A DNA stretch of 64,000 nt from an uncultured virus (IMG/VR IMGVR_UViG_3300046804_004214) (IMGVR_UViG_3300046804_004214); one strand, 5' to 3'; shown: positions 38,714 through 49,963, numbered from the stretch's first letter. Program-made: numbers and translations. The notes: a model not told the origin generated them from the sequence alone.

Positions 38714-39715
38714 TCAAAATGTATCTCCACTAAATCCAAAATCATCACCATCTTCAATTAGTAAATTATCAGATTCGGTGATTTTTTTAACTTCTGCTCC
38801 GGATAAATGAGATGTTATTGTAGTATTATCTTTTCCCCTTTCAACTGTCAATATATTTCCAGATTTAAGTCTTACATAAACTTCTTCCCCCTCAATATCC
38901 AAATAGGAATTTGTGGGAATTGAAGAAGCATCATTAACAGAGATTAAAATATCTTCTGTGCTTATATCTTTTGAAAGACTTGTTACAACAACACCAGTAT
39001 AATTTTTAATCGCTCTGGGTTCAGAAGAATATACGACTTCTCTTGATGTAGATTCTGTAGAAGAACCTGCAATGTAACTGATAGTTGCTTTTTTGATAGT
39101 ATCTTTTGTTGCAGAAGATGTAGGACCAAAAAGATAAATCTTTGCGGTAAATCTCAAGGTATACAATAATACTCTTCTTGTAGTGAAGTTACCCTCATAG
39201 TCATCTTGCATCGTAATGTTTTCCAGGATAATTGGAACATCTCTCCTTTCCTTTATATCCTTAACAAATTCAATGGACAAATTGTAAGATGGTTGGAAAT
39301 ATGGTAAAATTTGTTCTATTATTTGCAATGCATCATCATTCAATTTTGACATAATATTCAATTCAAATTGCATATTGTATGGAACTGGCATATAAGTTTT
39401 TCTAGTTTCAGTTCCGTCAGCAGAAGACTTTGATAAAAATGTTTGAGTTGTACTAACTTTTCTACCTCCATCATAAGTTAAACCAGTAAATTCAAATGAC
39501 ATTCTAGGTAAAGTTATTTGAACTGGTTTATTCAGATCTGGAGATTGCTCTAAACGTGCTAAGAATTTTTGAGTAGGTCCATATGCTAATGGAACTTTTA
39601 TTTCACTAACTACATTATCAGAATCATTTTTATGAAGAATGGTTATATCATTAAAAAGAGTTCCGAATGATATAAGAGTTTTTCTAAGAATTTCGTTATA
39701 AAAATACTCAAACAT
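38714..39715 (-). CDS. g15: Tail sheath stabiliser / completion protein
   Basis: VPLAYGPTQKFLARL, LPRMSFE, QIIEQILPYFQP. Confidence 0.96.
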   Translation of the reverse strand: MFEYFYNEILRKTLISFGTLFNDITILHKNDSDNVVSEIKVPLAYGPTQKFLARLEQSPDLNKPVQITLPRMSFEFTGLTYDGGRKVSTTQTFLSKSSADGTETRKTYMPVPYNMQFELNIMSKLNDDALQIIEQILPYFQPSYNLSIEFVKDIKERRDVPIILENITMQDDYEGNFTTRRVLLYTLRFTAKIYLFGPTSSATKDTIKKATISYIAGSSTESTSREVVYSSEPRAIKNYTGVVVTSLSKDISTEDILISVNDASSIPTNSYLDIEGEEVYVRLKSGNILTVERGKDNTTITSHLSGAEVKKITESDNLLIEDGDDFGFSGDTF

Positions 39716-39762
39716 TTTTGTAAATCCAGATACATTTATGAAGTATTAAATACTATTTATGT

Positions 39763-41166
39763 TTATGGCATTCCAAATGGATTTGTTTCGCTGAAATCTA
39801 CAATTTTATCTGCTTCGGTCTCAATATTATTGTTATCTGCATATCCATCATTTACTGCGTATTGATCAATATAACGTAAAATGTGATACGCGCTTGATGC
39901 CGCACCAACTATAGTTTCTCCACTTAAAAAAGTTCCCGTTATATTTGATACTTCTAATTTATTCGTGGATGCATTCCAAGATTTTACTCTTGCTGTTGTT
40001 CCACTTATAGAACCAGTTACTAACTCATTAAATTCATAATTTCCCACAGAAGTTGTTGGTGGAGTGGAAATTTGTACTAATGGAGGTTCTGTGTACCCAA
40101 GACCAGCGTTTACTATTCTTATTTGTTCTATAGATCCTGACGAATTAACAATTGCTGTAGCAGCAGCAGAAACAGAAGATACCCCAACAAATGTAATAGT
40201 TGGTGCATTTACATATCCCGAACCAGCATTTGTTATAGAAATAACACTTATTATTCCATCTCCTATTGTTGCTGTAGCGACAGCACCAGATCCATCTCCA
40301 AAAAATGCAACTTTTGGTGCTATTGTATATCCATATCCAGGATTTATAACTTCTACTGATTGAACAGATTTTTTAGATGGATTTAAATTATCATTACAAA
40401 CAACAATTCCACCAATCATTGTTGCGGATCCTATGCCAGTCAATCCCCCAGAGGGAGCAGATGAAACGGAAACTCTTGGAGGTTTTGAATATCCTCCACC
40501 TCTATTTGTAACTGTAAAAAATCTTATACCACCATTTACAATTTGAGATATTGATGCAGTAGCAGTTATTGCAGATCCGACTAAAGTTAAAGTTCTAACA
40601 TTTCCTATTGGACCATATCCAGAAGAACTTCCACTGATATTATCGTCAATTTCTTCTATTCCGGTATTAATTAATTCATCTTCGTACCTAAACAATTCAC
40701 ACTTTAAAGTATAAGTATATGTTTTTTGTAATTGATAAAAAGGTTGTTCGTGCTCAACAAATTTAATTTCAAACAACCTATCACCAAGAGGAAAATAAAT
40801 TAAATCTCCTTCGCAAGGTCTTGTGGATATTCTAATGTGCGGTTGATCTTTTATTAGAGGAGTTATATAAGTTTCAAATCTTTCTCTTGATATAGTTAAT
40901 GACAATTCATTAAGTGCTTGAATTCCAAATTTTGAGAGTATTACTGTGTTATCTCCATAACCTTCATAATTGTTTAAGTATGCTTCTATTGGGTAAGCAT
41001 CTTCAAACATAGATTCTATAACCTCCTTGATCACTACTTTTTGAGTTAAATAGTGTCTAGGTAGATAATACACCTCAATCCCATACATTCTCAATTGTTC
41101 ATTGATCAAATCCTGCATTAGGCTTTGTTCAGTTTTTGATCCCTGTAGAAAAAATGGATTAAGCAT
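39763..41166 (-). CDS. g14: Neck protein with inserted G-x-G-Y repeats
   Basis: LINEQLRMYGIEVYYLPR, RPCEGDLIYFPL, FSETNPFG. Confidence 0.95.
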   Translation of the reverse strand: MLNPFFLQGSKTEQSLMQDLINEQLRMYGIEVYYLPRHYLTQKVVIKEVIESMFEDAYPIEAYLNNYEGYGDNTVILSKFGIQALNELSLTISRERFETYITPLIKDQPHIRISTRPCEGDLIYFPLGDRLFEIKFVEHEQPFYQLQKTYTYTLKCELFRYEDELINTGIEEIDDNISGSSSGYGPIGNVRTLTLVGSAITATASISQIVNGGIRFFTVTNRGGGYSKPPRVSVSSAPSGGLTGIGSATMIGGIVVCNDNLNPSKKSVQSVEVINPGYGYTIAPKVAFFGDGSGAVATATIGDGIISVISITNAGSGYVNAPTITFVGVSSVSAAATAIVNSSGSIEQIRIVNAGLGYTEPPLVQISTPPTTSVGNYEFNELVTGSISGTTARVKSWNASTNKLEVSNITGTFLSGETIVGAASSAYHILRYIDQYAVNDGYADNNNIETEADKIVDFSETNPFGMP

Positions 41167-41170
41167 ATGA

Positions 41171-42016
41171 TTATCCTATCATATCTAATGGTGGAAGTTC
41201 ATATGTATTGGACATTTTTTCCATTAGAATATCTATCTCTCTCTGTGCATCATCATACATTTGTCTGCCATTTAATTCCACTCCACCTGGTAGTTTGACT
41301 CCAGTAAATTTCATCATATTTTGACCCCATTGTTTTTTTATAAGAGAGGTTAAATATGGCTTAATAAAAGAATCATTCCAAACCCTTGAATAGTCATTTG
41401 GATCTAAAGTTGAATAGCAATCAATTATAAAGTAATGATCTTTTGTTACTGATCCCCAATCTATATCTAGATATAAACGATCCTGTCTTTTATTAAACCT
41501 AATTTGTTTTTGTGTATTAAGTAGGAAATCAAGGTCTTCAAGGTATGTTTTTACCATGGCATAACTTAAAAGTTCAGTAGTTCCCCAATAGTAAATATCA
41601 TTTAAAAATAGTTGATATTTTACACTAAACATATTATGCGTAATAGTATTTGTTCCATCAAAAGTAAATATTTTATTTACTCCTATTACACTTGGCGGAA
41701 TCTGTAAATAATTACTACTTTCAAAATAAGAAAAAGTCGTAGCAGTTCCTGCTATATTTGCAGTGGCAGTAGTGGTTACTATTCCCACACCGCTTTCAGA
41801 TGGTTTGGCCCTTCCCCTATCAATATCTTCCTGTGTTACTTTATATTTAAAAAAAGTTGGATATACGCCATCAAAATGCCTTTCCTGGAAAAATTGTATG
41901 GCATCATCAACTAAATCTTCTATCTGTTCATCAGCAACATTTATTTCTAGAACTGGCGCTCCCAGTTTCCTCTTACAATAATCTATAAGTTCTTGTCTTG
42001 TAGATGGTTGCGCCAT
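41171..42016 (-). CDS. g13: Neck protein
   Basis: YCKRKLGAPVLEINV, KQWGQNMMKF, LPGGVELNG. Confidence 0.96.
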   Translation of the reverse strand: MAQPSTRQELIDYCKRKLGAPVLEINVADEQIEDLVDDAIQFFQERHFDGVYPTFFKYKVTQEDIDRGRAKPSESGVGIVTTTATANIAGTATTFSYFESSNYLQIPPSVIGVNKIFTFDGTNTITHNMFSVKYQLFLNDIYYWGTTELLSYAMVKTYLEDLDFLLNTQKQIRFNKRQDRLYLDIDWGSVTKDHYFIIDCYSTLDPNDYSRVWNDSFIKPYLTSLIKKQWGQNMMKFTGVKLPGGVELNGRQMYDDAQREIDILMEKMSNTYELPPLDMIG

Positions 42017-42041
42017 ATTTTTTTATTCTTTATAAGAATAT

Positions 42042-42221
42042 TTATGAATTAACACTTAGCAAATCTAATACAACTTCTTGATGTTTCATGTACAATTTAA
42101 TATAAGATTTGGCAATATTTCTTAATTTTTCTACATCATCAATAGCATCAATTTCTGCTGATAATTTGAAATATTCAAATGTTTTACTTAAATCATCTAA
42201 TTTTATATCATCTGGGTTCAT
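42042..42221 (-). CDS. NblA-like small helical protein (59 aa); not in the ORF track
   Basis: MNPDDIKLDDLSKTFEYFKLSAEIDAIDDVEKLRNIAKSYIKLYMKHQEVVLDLLSVNS*; size and helix-loop-helix pattern as in NblA. Confidence 0.6.
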   Translation of the reverse strand: MNPDDIKLDDLSKTFEYFKLSAEIDAIDDVEKLRNIAKSYIKLYMKHQEVVLDLLSVNS

Positions 42222-42444
42222 TTAAAATGCTCCTAAGTAAATTTTTTATTTCTTCAATATCAGATTTCATGTTAGCAAGATCTTCTTCATAATTTTGTGT
42301 CTTTTGATTCTCTTTGCTTTTCATTTTTTTTCTTTCAAGGTAATTTTGATAATCACTCATATTTGAATTTATAATTGAATTTGTATTTGGATCCCTTAAA
42401 AGACTAATATTTTCTTTTATTCTAAGATAAAAATTTTCATGCAA
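42208..42444 (-). CDS. Conserved small coiled-coil protein (start uncertain)
   Basis: LLRDPNTNSIIN...MKSDIEEIKNLL; the only upstream in-frame start is TTG. Confidence 0.7.
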   Translation of the reverse strand: MHENFYLRIKENISLLRDPNTNSIINSNMSDYQNYLERKKMKSKENQKTQNYEEDLANMKSDIEEIKNLLRSILNEPR

Positions 42445-45400
42445 GTGAAATAACCCTCAAGTTCTTAATTCTGGGTGGATATGTTTGATTTGTGGATGAC
42501 ATAACTAATTTAATTCTAAATGACATAAATGATTGTAATTCATCTGCTGTAAATGTATATTCCTTAAATTCAATACTAGACGAATCAAATCCTAAGAAAT
42601 CTGTATTTGCTATAAAAGTGTCAGATCTTCCATCATTATTTTCAAAATTAATAATATTTCCGTTAGGATTTAAATTTTTGTATCCAGGAAATGGAATAAA
42701 AATAGGATCAAAGTTTTGAGATTGACTAATTGAATAAAAAGCTCTTATATCACAATATTTATTGATATGTGCATCGAGAATTATTTTAATAGATGATGCT
42801 GGATTTGCAAGATTTATTTCTTTAGAAATATATTGGAACGCTGATGGATCTTCAAATATAGAATTTACTCTACTATCATTTGCATAATCCTCTATAGGAC
42901 TATTAATTCTATTGCTTACTAAAACAGCATTCATTCTATGCGTATCAATAACGGGAGATACAAAACTATCTGTGGTATTCAAAAATAGTCTCATATTAAG
43001 AGATGGCTTATCATCTAATTTTTCCACTTCATTAATTTTTGAACATATTAGTTTTGTACTACCAAGATAATTTGTTTTATCTATGCTAACGGAAGCAAAT
43101 CCATCATCAAGGAATGGTATTTCATTTCCATTTATACTTTTTCCAGATATTGTTTTTAAATCGGATGTCAAAGATGTACCCTGAACGGTAATATTTTGTA
43201 TCAATGGTTTAATAATCTCGAATGGAATATTTTGGGTACAAGATACATTATATCCACCAGTTGACTTGGAATCTCCAATATACAATTTGGGGAGACTTAA
43301 TCCATCAGTTCTTCCGACACCAAACGAATCTGACATATTTAGTTTAATATGATACGAATCAAATGTTATTGGATTTGATATTTCAACAGAACTTAAATCG
43401 TGAGTTGTATTAATTCTATTCAGAGAAACACCAGATAATTCGTACTTATAAACATAAGTTCCTTGTGGATAAGAATTTGGTAAAGGATATCTATTATTTG
43501 ATTGTGGTTCAATGTATGCAATAAATGCAACATCATTTAAAGATCCTGCAGAAATAGAATTATATGAATAAAGTAAATCTCCAACTAAAACATATCCCGG
43601 ATTATTAGTTGATATTCCAACATTTTCAAATGTTGCAAAATTAGAAGAATTATCTACTAAAATAGATGTTGGACTTAGAGATGAATTAAATTCCTGACTT
43701 AATCTTGTAGGAATGACATCTGATTCTACTCCACTAATAATTACATAATTCTGCGAATCATACATACCATGATTTTTATGATTTACCTTAACATGAAGAC
43801 CATCATTCTCAACAATTATACTGCCTGATGGGATAGTAACATTACCACCAATACTTGAATTTAATACTGTTGTTATTCCACTATTATTTGCATAAGTTAT
43901 TGTTTTTCCTACTCCAGATTCAAAAGATCCCTGTACATTATCTAAAACTAATTGTGTAGCATTTCCAATTGATACTATTGAGAATCTAGCATTTGCTCCA
44001 ACTGAAATAGAACCTATACTAGAAATCCCAAGAACATCTCCGGATTGATAACCATTTCCACCACCAACAATAGTAGCTGCAACTGCAACTCCATTGTTTA
44101 TTGAAATATTTGCGGTTGCGCCATTACCAGATCCAGTGTAACTTACTAGGCTGACGTTATTAAAAGTATAGAATCCTGAAGAAGGAGTGTAACCTATACC
44201 AGAATTGGTAACACTTAATGTTCCTGTTGCTATACCGGCATTTCCAACATATCTTCCAGTACCATTTGAATTTTGTTGAGAAACTAAATTACCAAGAGTT
44301 AAATCGGAATCATTAAGATTAGTTGACAAACCTATTCTTATTCTTCTTGATTTTAGATCAAGAGAATTTGGCATTAAATTTGCAATCTGTTTATTATTAT
44401 ATGATAATTCTGGACTATAAAGATTTAATATGCCGTCAAGAACAAAATCTGCTCTATAAAGAGTAAATTTTAAATCTTCCCATTGACTTGCTTCCCATGT
44501 AGATGAGTTTTGTGATTTAAAAAGTGATCCAAGATATGGTTGATTTGAAATTAAAGATTTAGTTATTAAATCATTTTCACCGACTCTAGAAATAAAGACA
44601 TTATATTTTGAAGAATTTGAACCTATTACTACGGCATATTCTGTCCCACCTTCGAGATAGATTGGAGACGGAAATACAAAAGAAGTTGCAACACTTCCAT
44701 CATTTGATGTTGATATTTGAGATGGATCTAAAACAACTTCGGAAAATGGTACTACTTTTCTTGTAGGATAACCATTTTGCATGGTTCTTATTTGAAGTAT
44801 TACCGGAACATCGCTATCATCTTTTGTATTGAAGAAAATATCACATCTAGTTATAAAAATACCTTTTTGGGCATCAACTAAGAATGATTGTGCTAAAGGA
44901 TCCCACCATACGCAACTATTCCATGGATTATTATAAGTTGTTGTTTGGGATACAATTTCACTACTTACTAACTGTGTACCACTTGTTTTTGATACAGACT
45001 CTTGTTGAATTTCTTTTCTTGATTGTATAGAAGCATTTCTGGTAGAAATTATATTTTCTTGTACCGTCTCAACTATTCCACTAGAAACAAATATTTTTTC
45101 TGCAATTGTAGTCGAGGAATTCTTATCTTTTTGTTGATTATTGATTAATGTTAATGTTTTATTTCCAGTCTCAAATCTTGGGTTAGTTGGAATATTTGGA
45201 TCTGGGATGTAAAAACTTCCTATTAGAGAAGTATATGTATCAGATATTAATCTGACATTTACTATAGATGCTCTAGCACCACTATTTTTGCCAACCAGAA
45301 TCATTCCAGATTCTACCCATCCACCATATTGTCCCTGTGTATAATCTGAAAGAGAAGTTGTATCTATGTTAAGTAATTTAGAAGTTGATGAATAAATTGA

Positions 45401-48400
45401 TGGTACATCTTGATTATTATATGGATCTAAAGAGTATATTTTTGATGGGATATTATATGGACCTTCTTTATGATTTTGCTGAGCAACCCTAAACTTTATA
45501 GATGGAATTACGTTTCCTGGCAATCCGATAGAATTTGTAGCATTTGCGCTAGATCCTATTACGGTTTCTCCCACTTCAAAAACACCGGAGATCATTTGAA
45601 TTTCTAAAAGTTTTGGAATACAATATTTTGTAACATTAATTCCATCAAAGAATGCATAAATCTGAGTAAGTGGTTTTAAATTCTTTGATACAAATTGAAT
45701 ATTCCTAGATCTCATATACTGAGTAAATTCTCTGCTGATAATTTTATCGCCAGAAGATTGATTATCAAATTTCTCAGATACAAAAGTAGTTGTTCCTGTT
45801 CTCGTTCTTACTCCAGTTTCTTTTACTTCATTATAATTATTTTGAGTTACTGTTGTAGTTGTAGATGAATAATAAGCACCATTATTCCATCTCCATCCCC
45901 ACCACTGCCAAGCATAATACTTAGGTGCCCAATTTAATTGAGATGTGGAACTTGTTGCAGTATTGGACGTTTTAATAATTTCCTTTCCAGTCCAAGTGGT
46001 TTCCCAAGAATTCCATATAGTTGGAGCATATCCTGTTTGTGGATTAATACCCAAATTACTAACTGCATACGCTAAAGTTTGGGTATAATTTCCTTCTACG
46101 TTTATAATTTTTGGATCTAATCTAACCGTATCAATCCAAGAATCTGATGATGGAGTTAATTCCAAAGTAGCTTGCCAAAAACTTATTACAAATGGAGTTA
46201 CATTTTCTGTTCTTGTTGCAAAATTTTGCTTCAACCATTCTACTTCAGAATAATTTAAAGTGATAATATCTCCAGTTTTTCTGATATTAAATCCATCTGG
46301 AGATTCAAATGATCTCTCAATAGTATTATCATTATTTCTGGAGAATGGAACTAAATCTATAGATGTTGTGTAGTGTTGTGGTCTAAGCTCTTTATTTGTT
46401 AAATCAATACTATTTTTGTACGGTAATCCATCTTCTTGTGATTGTAGAGAAGTAAAGTTATCGACAAAAAATCCGGACTTAAACCTATCCAATCCATCAG
46501 AATCTGGAACAAATAAATTGGATGTATTTGTTTCTAAAAGAGATAGAGAAGTATAATATTCTAAATTTTTAATTCTATCCTCAAGTTGCTTAATATCAAC
46601 CATTCTATATCTTTTATGCTCTAAAAATTCAATAGAAATTTGTGAGGTGTTAAAAAGATATGGTGGTAAATATGCAGTTGCAATCTCTAATGAATCATCA
46701 ACAGAAACTGGCTTTTCTGGAGTTTCTGAGGGAACACCATATTTAACCTGGAATATTCCATCTTTTGATAAATAAATTCTGTCAATTCTTCCAAGATAGA
46801 ATGAAAATGTACATATTATATCTTCTTCCGAAGCTAAAATATTGGTAGAAGAATTTCCGGAAGAGTTAAAAGATCTTCCATAAAATTCTAGAGGAGATCT
46901 TGAATTTAATTGAGTAGTATAATTTGAAACTCTAGGTCTAATATCAATAATATCAGAACATCTAATACTATCAACGGATTGTATTTCATTAGCATAATTA
47001 AATGTATTATAAGATTGTATAGTGGTTATATCCCCATCATCAGTTGAAGAATAATATCCACTCGAATAATAAATTTTTAACCTTCTAGATGATTCTGAAA
47101 ATGAAGAATTTCTTGTTAAGAATCCATAGTCATAATGAGATCCTTTTTGACCATTATCAAAGGAATAATGTGAAGATACATTCACACTTATTGAATCCAA
47201 TGTTATTATTACTGCTTGAATGTTAGACTCTTTAAATAAAAGTGGTTCCCCTTCCTTAAAGGAAATATCATTTTCTGGTATATATGAAATTTGAGTTCCG
47301 GTTAATCTTTCAGCTACTATTCCTATAGCGCCACTTAATCTTCCTACAAAATGTTCACCAATAATTAAATCCTGAGTCGAACTTGATGATCCGCTTATCG
47401 ATGATAAAACTGCGGTTGGAGCTGATGGATTATTTGTGTCTTTGGATTCGTAAATCGCGTGTACATCAATTATATCTGGACTATTCAAAGATATTGTTTC
47501 ATCCTGAACTCTAGTTCCATATGGATATTTTCCATATGAAAGTCCATCATTAAGAGTGGTTGATCCTATTCCAGAAGATTCGTATTTGGATTTATCTACT
47601 ATAAGAGTATTAACTCTATTCTTCAATTTTATTTTTGATTTTGGTTTTATTTTAGTTAAAGTGGCAGTTAAAGTTGCTCCTATGTCATTTGCACCTAGAT
47701 TATAAATTTGTAAAGATTTGGATCCATTTGTAATAGAAAATTTATCAGAGGTTAAAACTTCATATGATCCATCAGATCTAACTAAAGTATATCTTTCTTC
47801 ATCGAATGGTAAAAATGTTTCATTTTCTGAAGCTGATAATGAAGAACTTAAACTATTTCCTGAGATATTAACCGTAAATGTTTTTCTAATTGTTAAAGTT
47901 GCTTCTGTAAGATCAATAGTAGACACATATGGTTTTGGTAGAGCGGTATATAGAGTATTGTCGGTAGATTGTGATAATTTTGTAGATATAACTTTTAAGT
48001 CATTGAGAGTAGTTAAAGATGTTGGGAGACTTCCTTGACATATACCACTAACAGTGGTAACACCTATAACTTTTACTTCTGTTGTGTTTACACCTACAAC
48101 TCTTGCAAAAATAGGATCAGAATATTGTGATGTGCTAAATTTAAGTAGATTATTTATTTTTATATTTCCGGGAAATACTGGATTTGTACTTATAATGGTA
48201 CTAACTCCACTAAATCCAGTAATAGTGGCAAATCCAACATTATAATAATCTGATTGTATAACATCAGCATTAAATGTTTTTGCGGATCCTACAATTCCAT
48301 AAACAGATTTTATGTCGGAAATTCCATATGAAGTAACTGCTATAGCAATTCTGCCATTATCGATCCCATCAAAAATTAAAGATTCATTTGCAATAAACTC

Positions 48401-49957
48401 TCCTCTTTTTTGATATACCGTAAGAGCTACTCCTGCTGTTACAGAATCCTTTAAAAAAGCAGTAGCTCCACTATTTTTTCCTTTAATAAAAACAGGAGCT
48501 GTTAATGAAATAGATTGATTTAATGTTATATCGGTAACAGTTTGAACATCATAAAGGGAAATATTCCATTCATTTAGATTAGAATTTGATGCGTTATATG
48601 ATCCAGATTCTAGTTTAAAATCATAAACTCTAGCAACTCCAATTTCTTTCCCTTGACTAATTGTGGAATATGTTCCTATTCTTTCACTACGTAATGATAA
48701 AACATAGGTATTTCCTATTCCCGTTGTAGGTGATCCATAAACTCTATTTAAAGAGAGTGTAGAACCAGTATTGTATGTTAATCCAATATTTTCTAGTGTT
48801 TTTGTAGTCCTTGGTTTTTCAAAATCTAAAAATGTTGTACTTACAGTTTCTACTTCATATCCTCTTACAAAAGCTTTTCCTGGAGAAATCTGATAAACTC
48901 CTAGATTATCAGATGCTACAGATCCTCCGTAGGTGAACTGACCTTCATTAAATATACCTTTATTTCCTATTCCATCATTTAAAGATTCTTTGATGATTAT
49001 ATCGAAGGGAGTTATGTAATAATCTCCAGATTCTGCATATGTTCTTCTTGCTAATTCATCGGCAATTAAATTATACTCTTGACTTATTGGTTGAGTTCTA
49101 ATTATACCATTATTGATAGTCGCAAGCTCAATAAAATTATTGTCATTAAAATCATTTAAATTTTTTTTAAATAAAGAAACCGAAATTCTTAATCTATCAG
49201 CTCCGGGTGAAGAATAATTATTAAATCCTTGAGAATTATCATTTAAATTTTCATCAATATCGGAAGTTATAATTTCTTCATTCACAAATAATCCAACCCT
49301 ATAATTTGGAGTATTTGAATACTGATCTAGAATTAAAGTTTCTGAGTCTACATTTACGAATTGACCTCTTATAAAATATACTCCTTCTGATATTGAAAAG
49401 GATGAACCAGTTGAAGTTGAGTTTGATGCAATTGTATTTGCAAAGGCGGATCCTGCCGCAATAGAAGTGTTTCCTAATAAACCTGATGCTATGGTTACAT
49501 TTGTGATTAAATTCTCTCCGTCTAAAAAGAAAGGAGATGAATTATTTAAAGTATTTGAGCTAAGATAGTTTACATATAAAGTAAGACTATTTCTTTCTGA
49601 GTCTTTAGATAATAAGACTTTATCTACAGTTGCAGTTACTCCTGATCTTTCTCCTGTTATTTTAGTTCCTACTAATTGTGAAATATATGCCTCAACAGGA
49701 ACTCCTAAAAATATATTATTAATTTCTACTGCATAATAAAGAGTATTATACGTAGTGTTGCCTGGAATAACCTTTGCGCCTTCTTTGAAAAAATGTTGCC
49801 CAAATTTTTCAATTTGATTTTGTAATATTGATTGTAAAGTTGTTAATTCCCTTGCCTGTACCGGGTATCCTGGCTTAAAAAGAACCTTGTAGTAGTCATT
49901 ATTAGCATCAAAATCGTCAAAATATGGCGCTACGTTTAAATTAGTTTGTTGAGGCAT
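42437..49957 (-). CDS. Large virion structural protein (DUF4815/VrlC-like)
   Basis: PYFDDFD, PGYPVQARELT, APGADR-like SPGADR, RRYRMxDI-like KRYRMVDI, DPLAQSF. Confidence 0.88.
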   Translation of the reverse strand: MPQQTNLNVAPYFDDFDANNDYYKVLFKPGYPVQARELTTLQSILQNQIEKFGQHFFKEGAKVIPGNTTYNTLYYAVEINNIFLGVPVEAYISQLVGTKITGERSGVTATVDKVLLSKDSERNSLTLYVNYLSSNTLNNSSPFFLDGENLITNVTIASGLLGNTSIAAGSAFANTIASNSTSTGSSFSISEGVYFIRGQFVNVDSETLILDQYSNTPNYRVGLFVNEEIITSDIDENLNDNSQGFNNYSSPGADRLRISVSLFKKNLNDFNDNNFIELATINNGIIRTQPISQEYNLIADELARRTYAESGDYYITPFDIIIKESLNDGIGNKGIFNEGQFTYGGSVASDNLGVYQISPGKAFVRGYEVETVSTTFLDFEKPRTTKTLENIGLTYNTGSTLSLNRVYGSPTTGIGNTYVLSLRSERIGTYSTISQGKEIGVARVYDFKLESGSYNASNSNLNEWNISLYDVQTVTDITLNQSISLTAPVFIKGKNSGATAFLKDSVTAGVALTVYQKRGEFIANESLIFDGIDNGRIAIAVTSYGISDIKSVYGIVGSAKTFNADVIQSDYYNVGFATITGFSGVSTIISTNPVFPGNIKINNLLKFSTSQYSDPIFARVVGVNTTEVKVIGVTTVSGICQGSLPTSLTTLNDLKVISTKLSQSTDNTLYTALPKPYVSTIDLTEATLTIRKTFTVNISGNSLSSSLSASENETFLPFDEERYTLVRSDGSYEVLTSDKFSITNGSKSLQIYNLGANDIGATLTATLTKIKPKSKIKLKNRVNTLIVDKSKYESSGIGSTTLNDGLSYGKYPYGTRVQDETISLNSPDIIDVHAIYESKDTNNPSAPTAVLSSISGSSSSTQDLIIGEHFVGRLSGAIGIVAERLTGTQISYIPENDISFKEGEPLLFKESNIQAVIITLDSISVNVSSHYSFDNGQKGSHYDYGFLTRNSSFSESSRRLKIYYSSGYYSSTDDGDITTIQSYNTFNYANEIQSVDSIRCSDIIDIRPRVSNYTTQLNSRSPLEFYGRSFNSSGNSSTNILASEEDIICTFSFYLGRIDRIYLSKDGIFQVKYGVPSETPEKPVSVDDSLEIATAYLPPYLFNTSQISIEFLEHKRYRMVDIKQLEDRIKNLEYYTSLSLLETNTSNLFVPDSDGLDRFKSGFFVDNFTSLQSQEDGLPYKNSIDLTNKELRPQHYTTSIDLVPFSRNNDNTIERSFESPDGFNIRKTGDIITLNYSEVEWLKQNFATRTENVTPFVISFWQATLELTPSSDSWIDTVRLDPKIINVEGNYTQTLAYAVSNLGINPQTGYAPTIWNSWETTWTGKEIIKTSNTATSSTSQLNWAPKYYAWQWWGWRWNNGAYYSSTTTTVTQNNYNEVKETGVRTRTGTTTFVSEKFDNQSSGDKIISREFTQYMRSRNIQFVSKNLKPLTQIYAFFDGINVTKYCIPKLLEIQMISGVFEVGETVIGSSANATNSIGLPGNVIPSIKFRVAQQNHKEGPYNIPSKIYSLDPYNNQDVPSIYSSTSKLLNIDTTSLSDYTQGQYGGWVESGMILVGKNSGARASIVNVRLISDTYTSLIGSFYIPDPNIPTNPRFETGNKTLTLINNQQKDKNSSTTIAEKIFVSSGIVETVQENIISTRNASIQSRKEIQQESVSKTSGTQLVSSEIVSQTTTYNNPWNSCVWWDPLAQSFLVDAQKGIFITRCDIFFNTKDDSDVPVILQIRTMQNGYPTRKVVPFSEVVLDPSQISTSNDGSVATSFVFPSPIYLEGGTEYAVVIGSNSSKYNVFISRVGENDLITKSLISNQPYLGSLFKSQNSSTWEASQWEDLKFTLYRADFVLDGILNLYSPELSYNNKQIANLMPNSLDLKSRRIRIGLSTNLNDSDLTLGNLVSQQNSNGTGRYVGNAGIATGTLSVTNSGIGYTPSSGFYTFNNVSLVSYTGSGNGATANISINNGVAVAATIVGGGNGYQSGDVLGISSIGSISVGANARFSIVSIGNATQLVLDNVQGSFESGVGKTITYANNSGITTVLNSSIGGNVTIPSGSIIVENDGLHVKVNHKNHGMYDSQNYVIISGVESDVIPTRLSQEFNSSLSPTSILVDNSSNFATFENVGISTNNPGYVLVGDLLYSYNSISAGSLNDVAFIAYIEPQSNNRYPLPNSYPQGTYVYKYELSGVSLNRINTTHDLSSVEISNPITFDSYHIKLNMSDSFGVGRTDGLSLPKLYIGDSKSTGGYNVSCTQNIPFEIIKPLIQNITVQGTSLTSDLKTISGKSINGNEIPFLDDGFASVSIDKTNYLGSTKLICSKINEVEKLDDKPSLNMRLFLNTTDSFVSPVIDTHRMNAVLVSNRINSPIEDYANDSRVNSIFEDPSAFQYISKEINLANPASSIKIILDAHINKYCDIRAFYSISQSQNFDPIFIPFPGYKNLNPNGNIINFENNDGRSDTFIANTDFLGFDSSSIEFKEYTFTADELQSFMSFRIKLVMSSTNQTYPPRIKNLRVISLA

Positions 49958-49963
49958 AATTCT

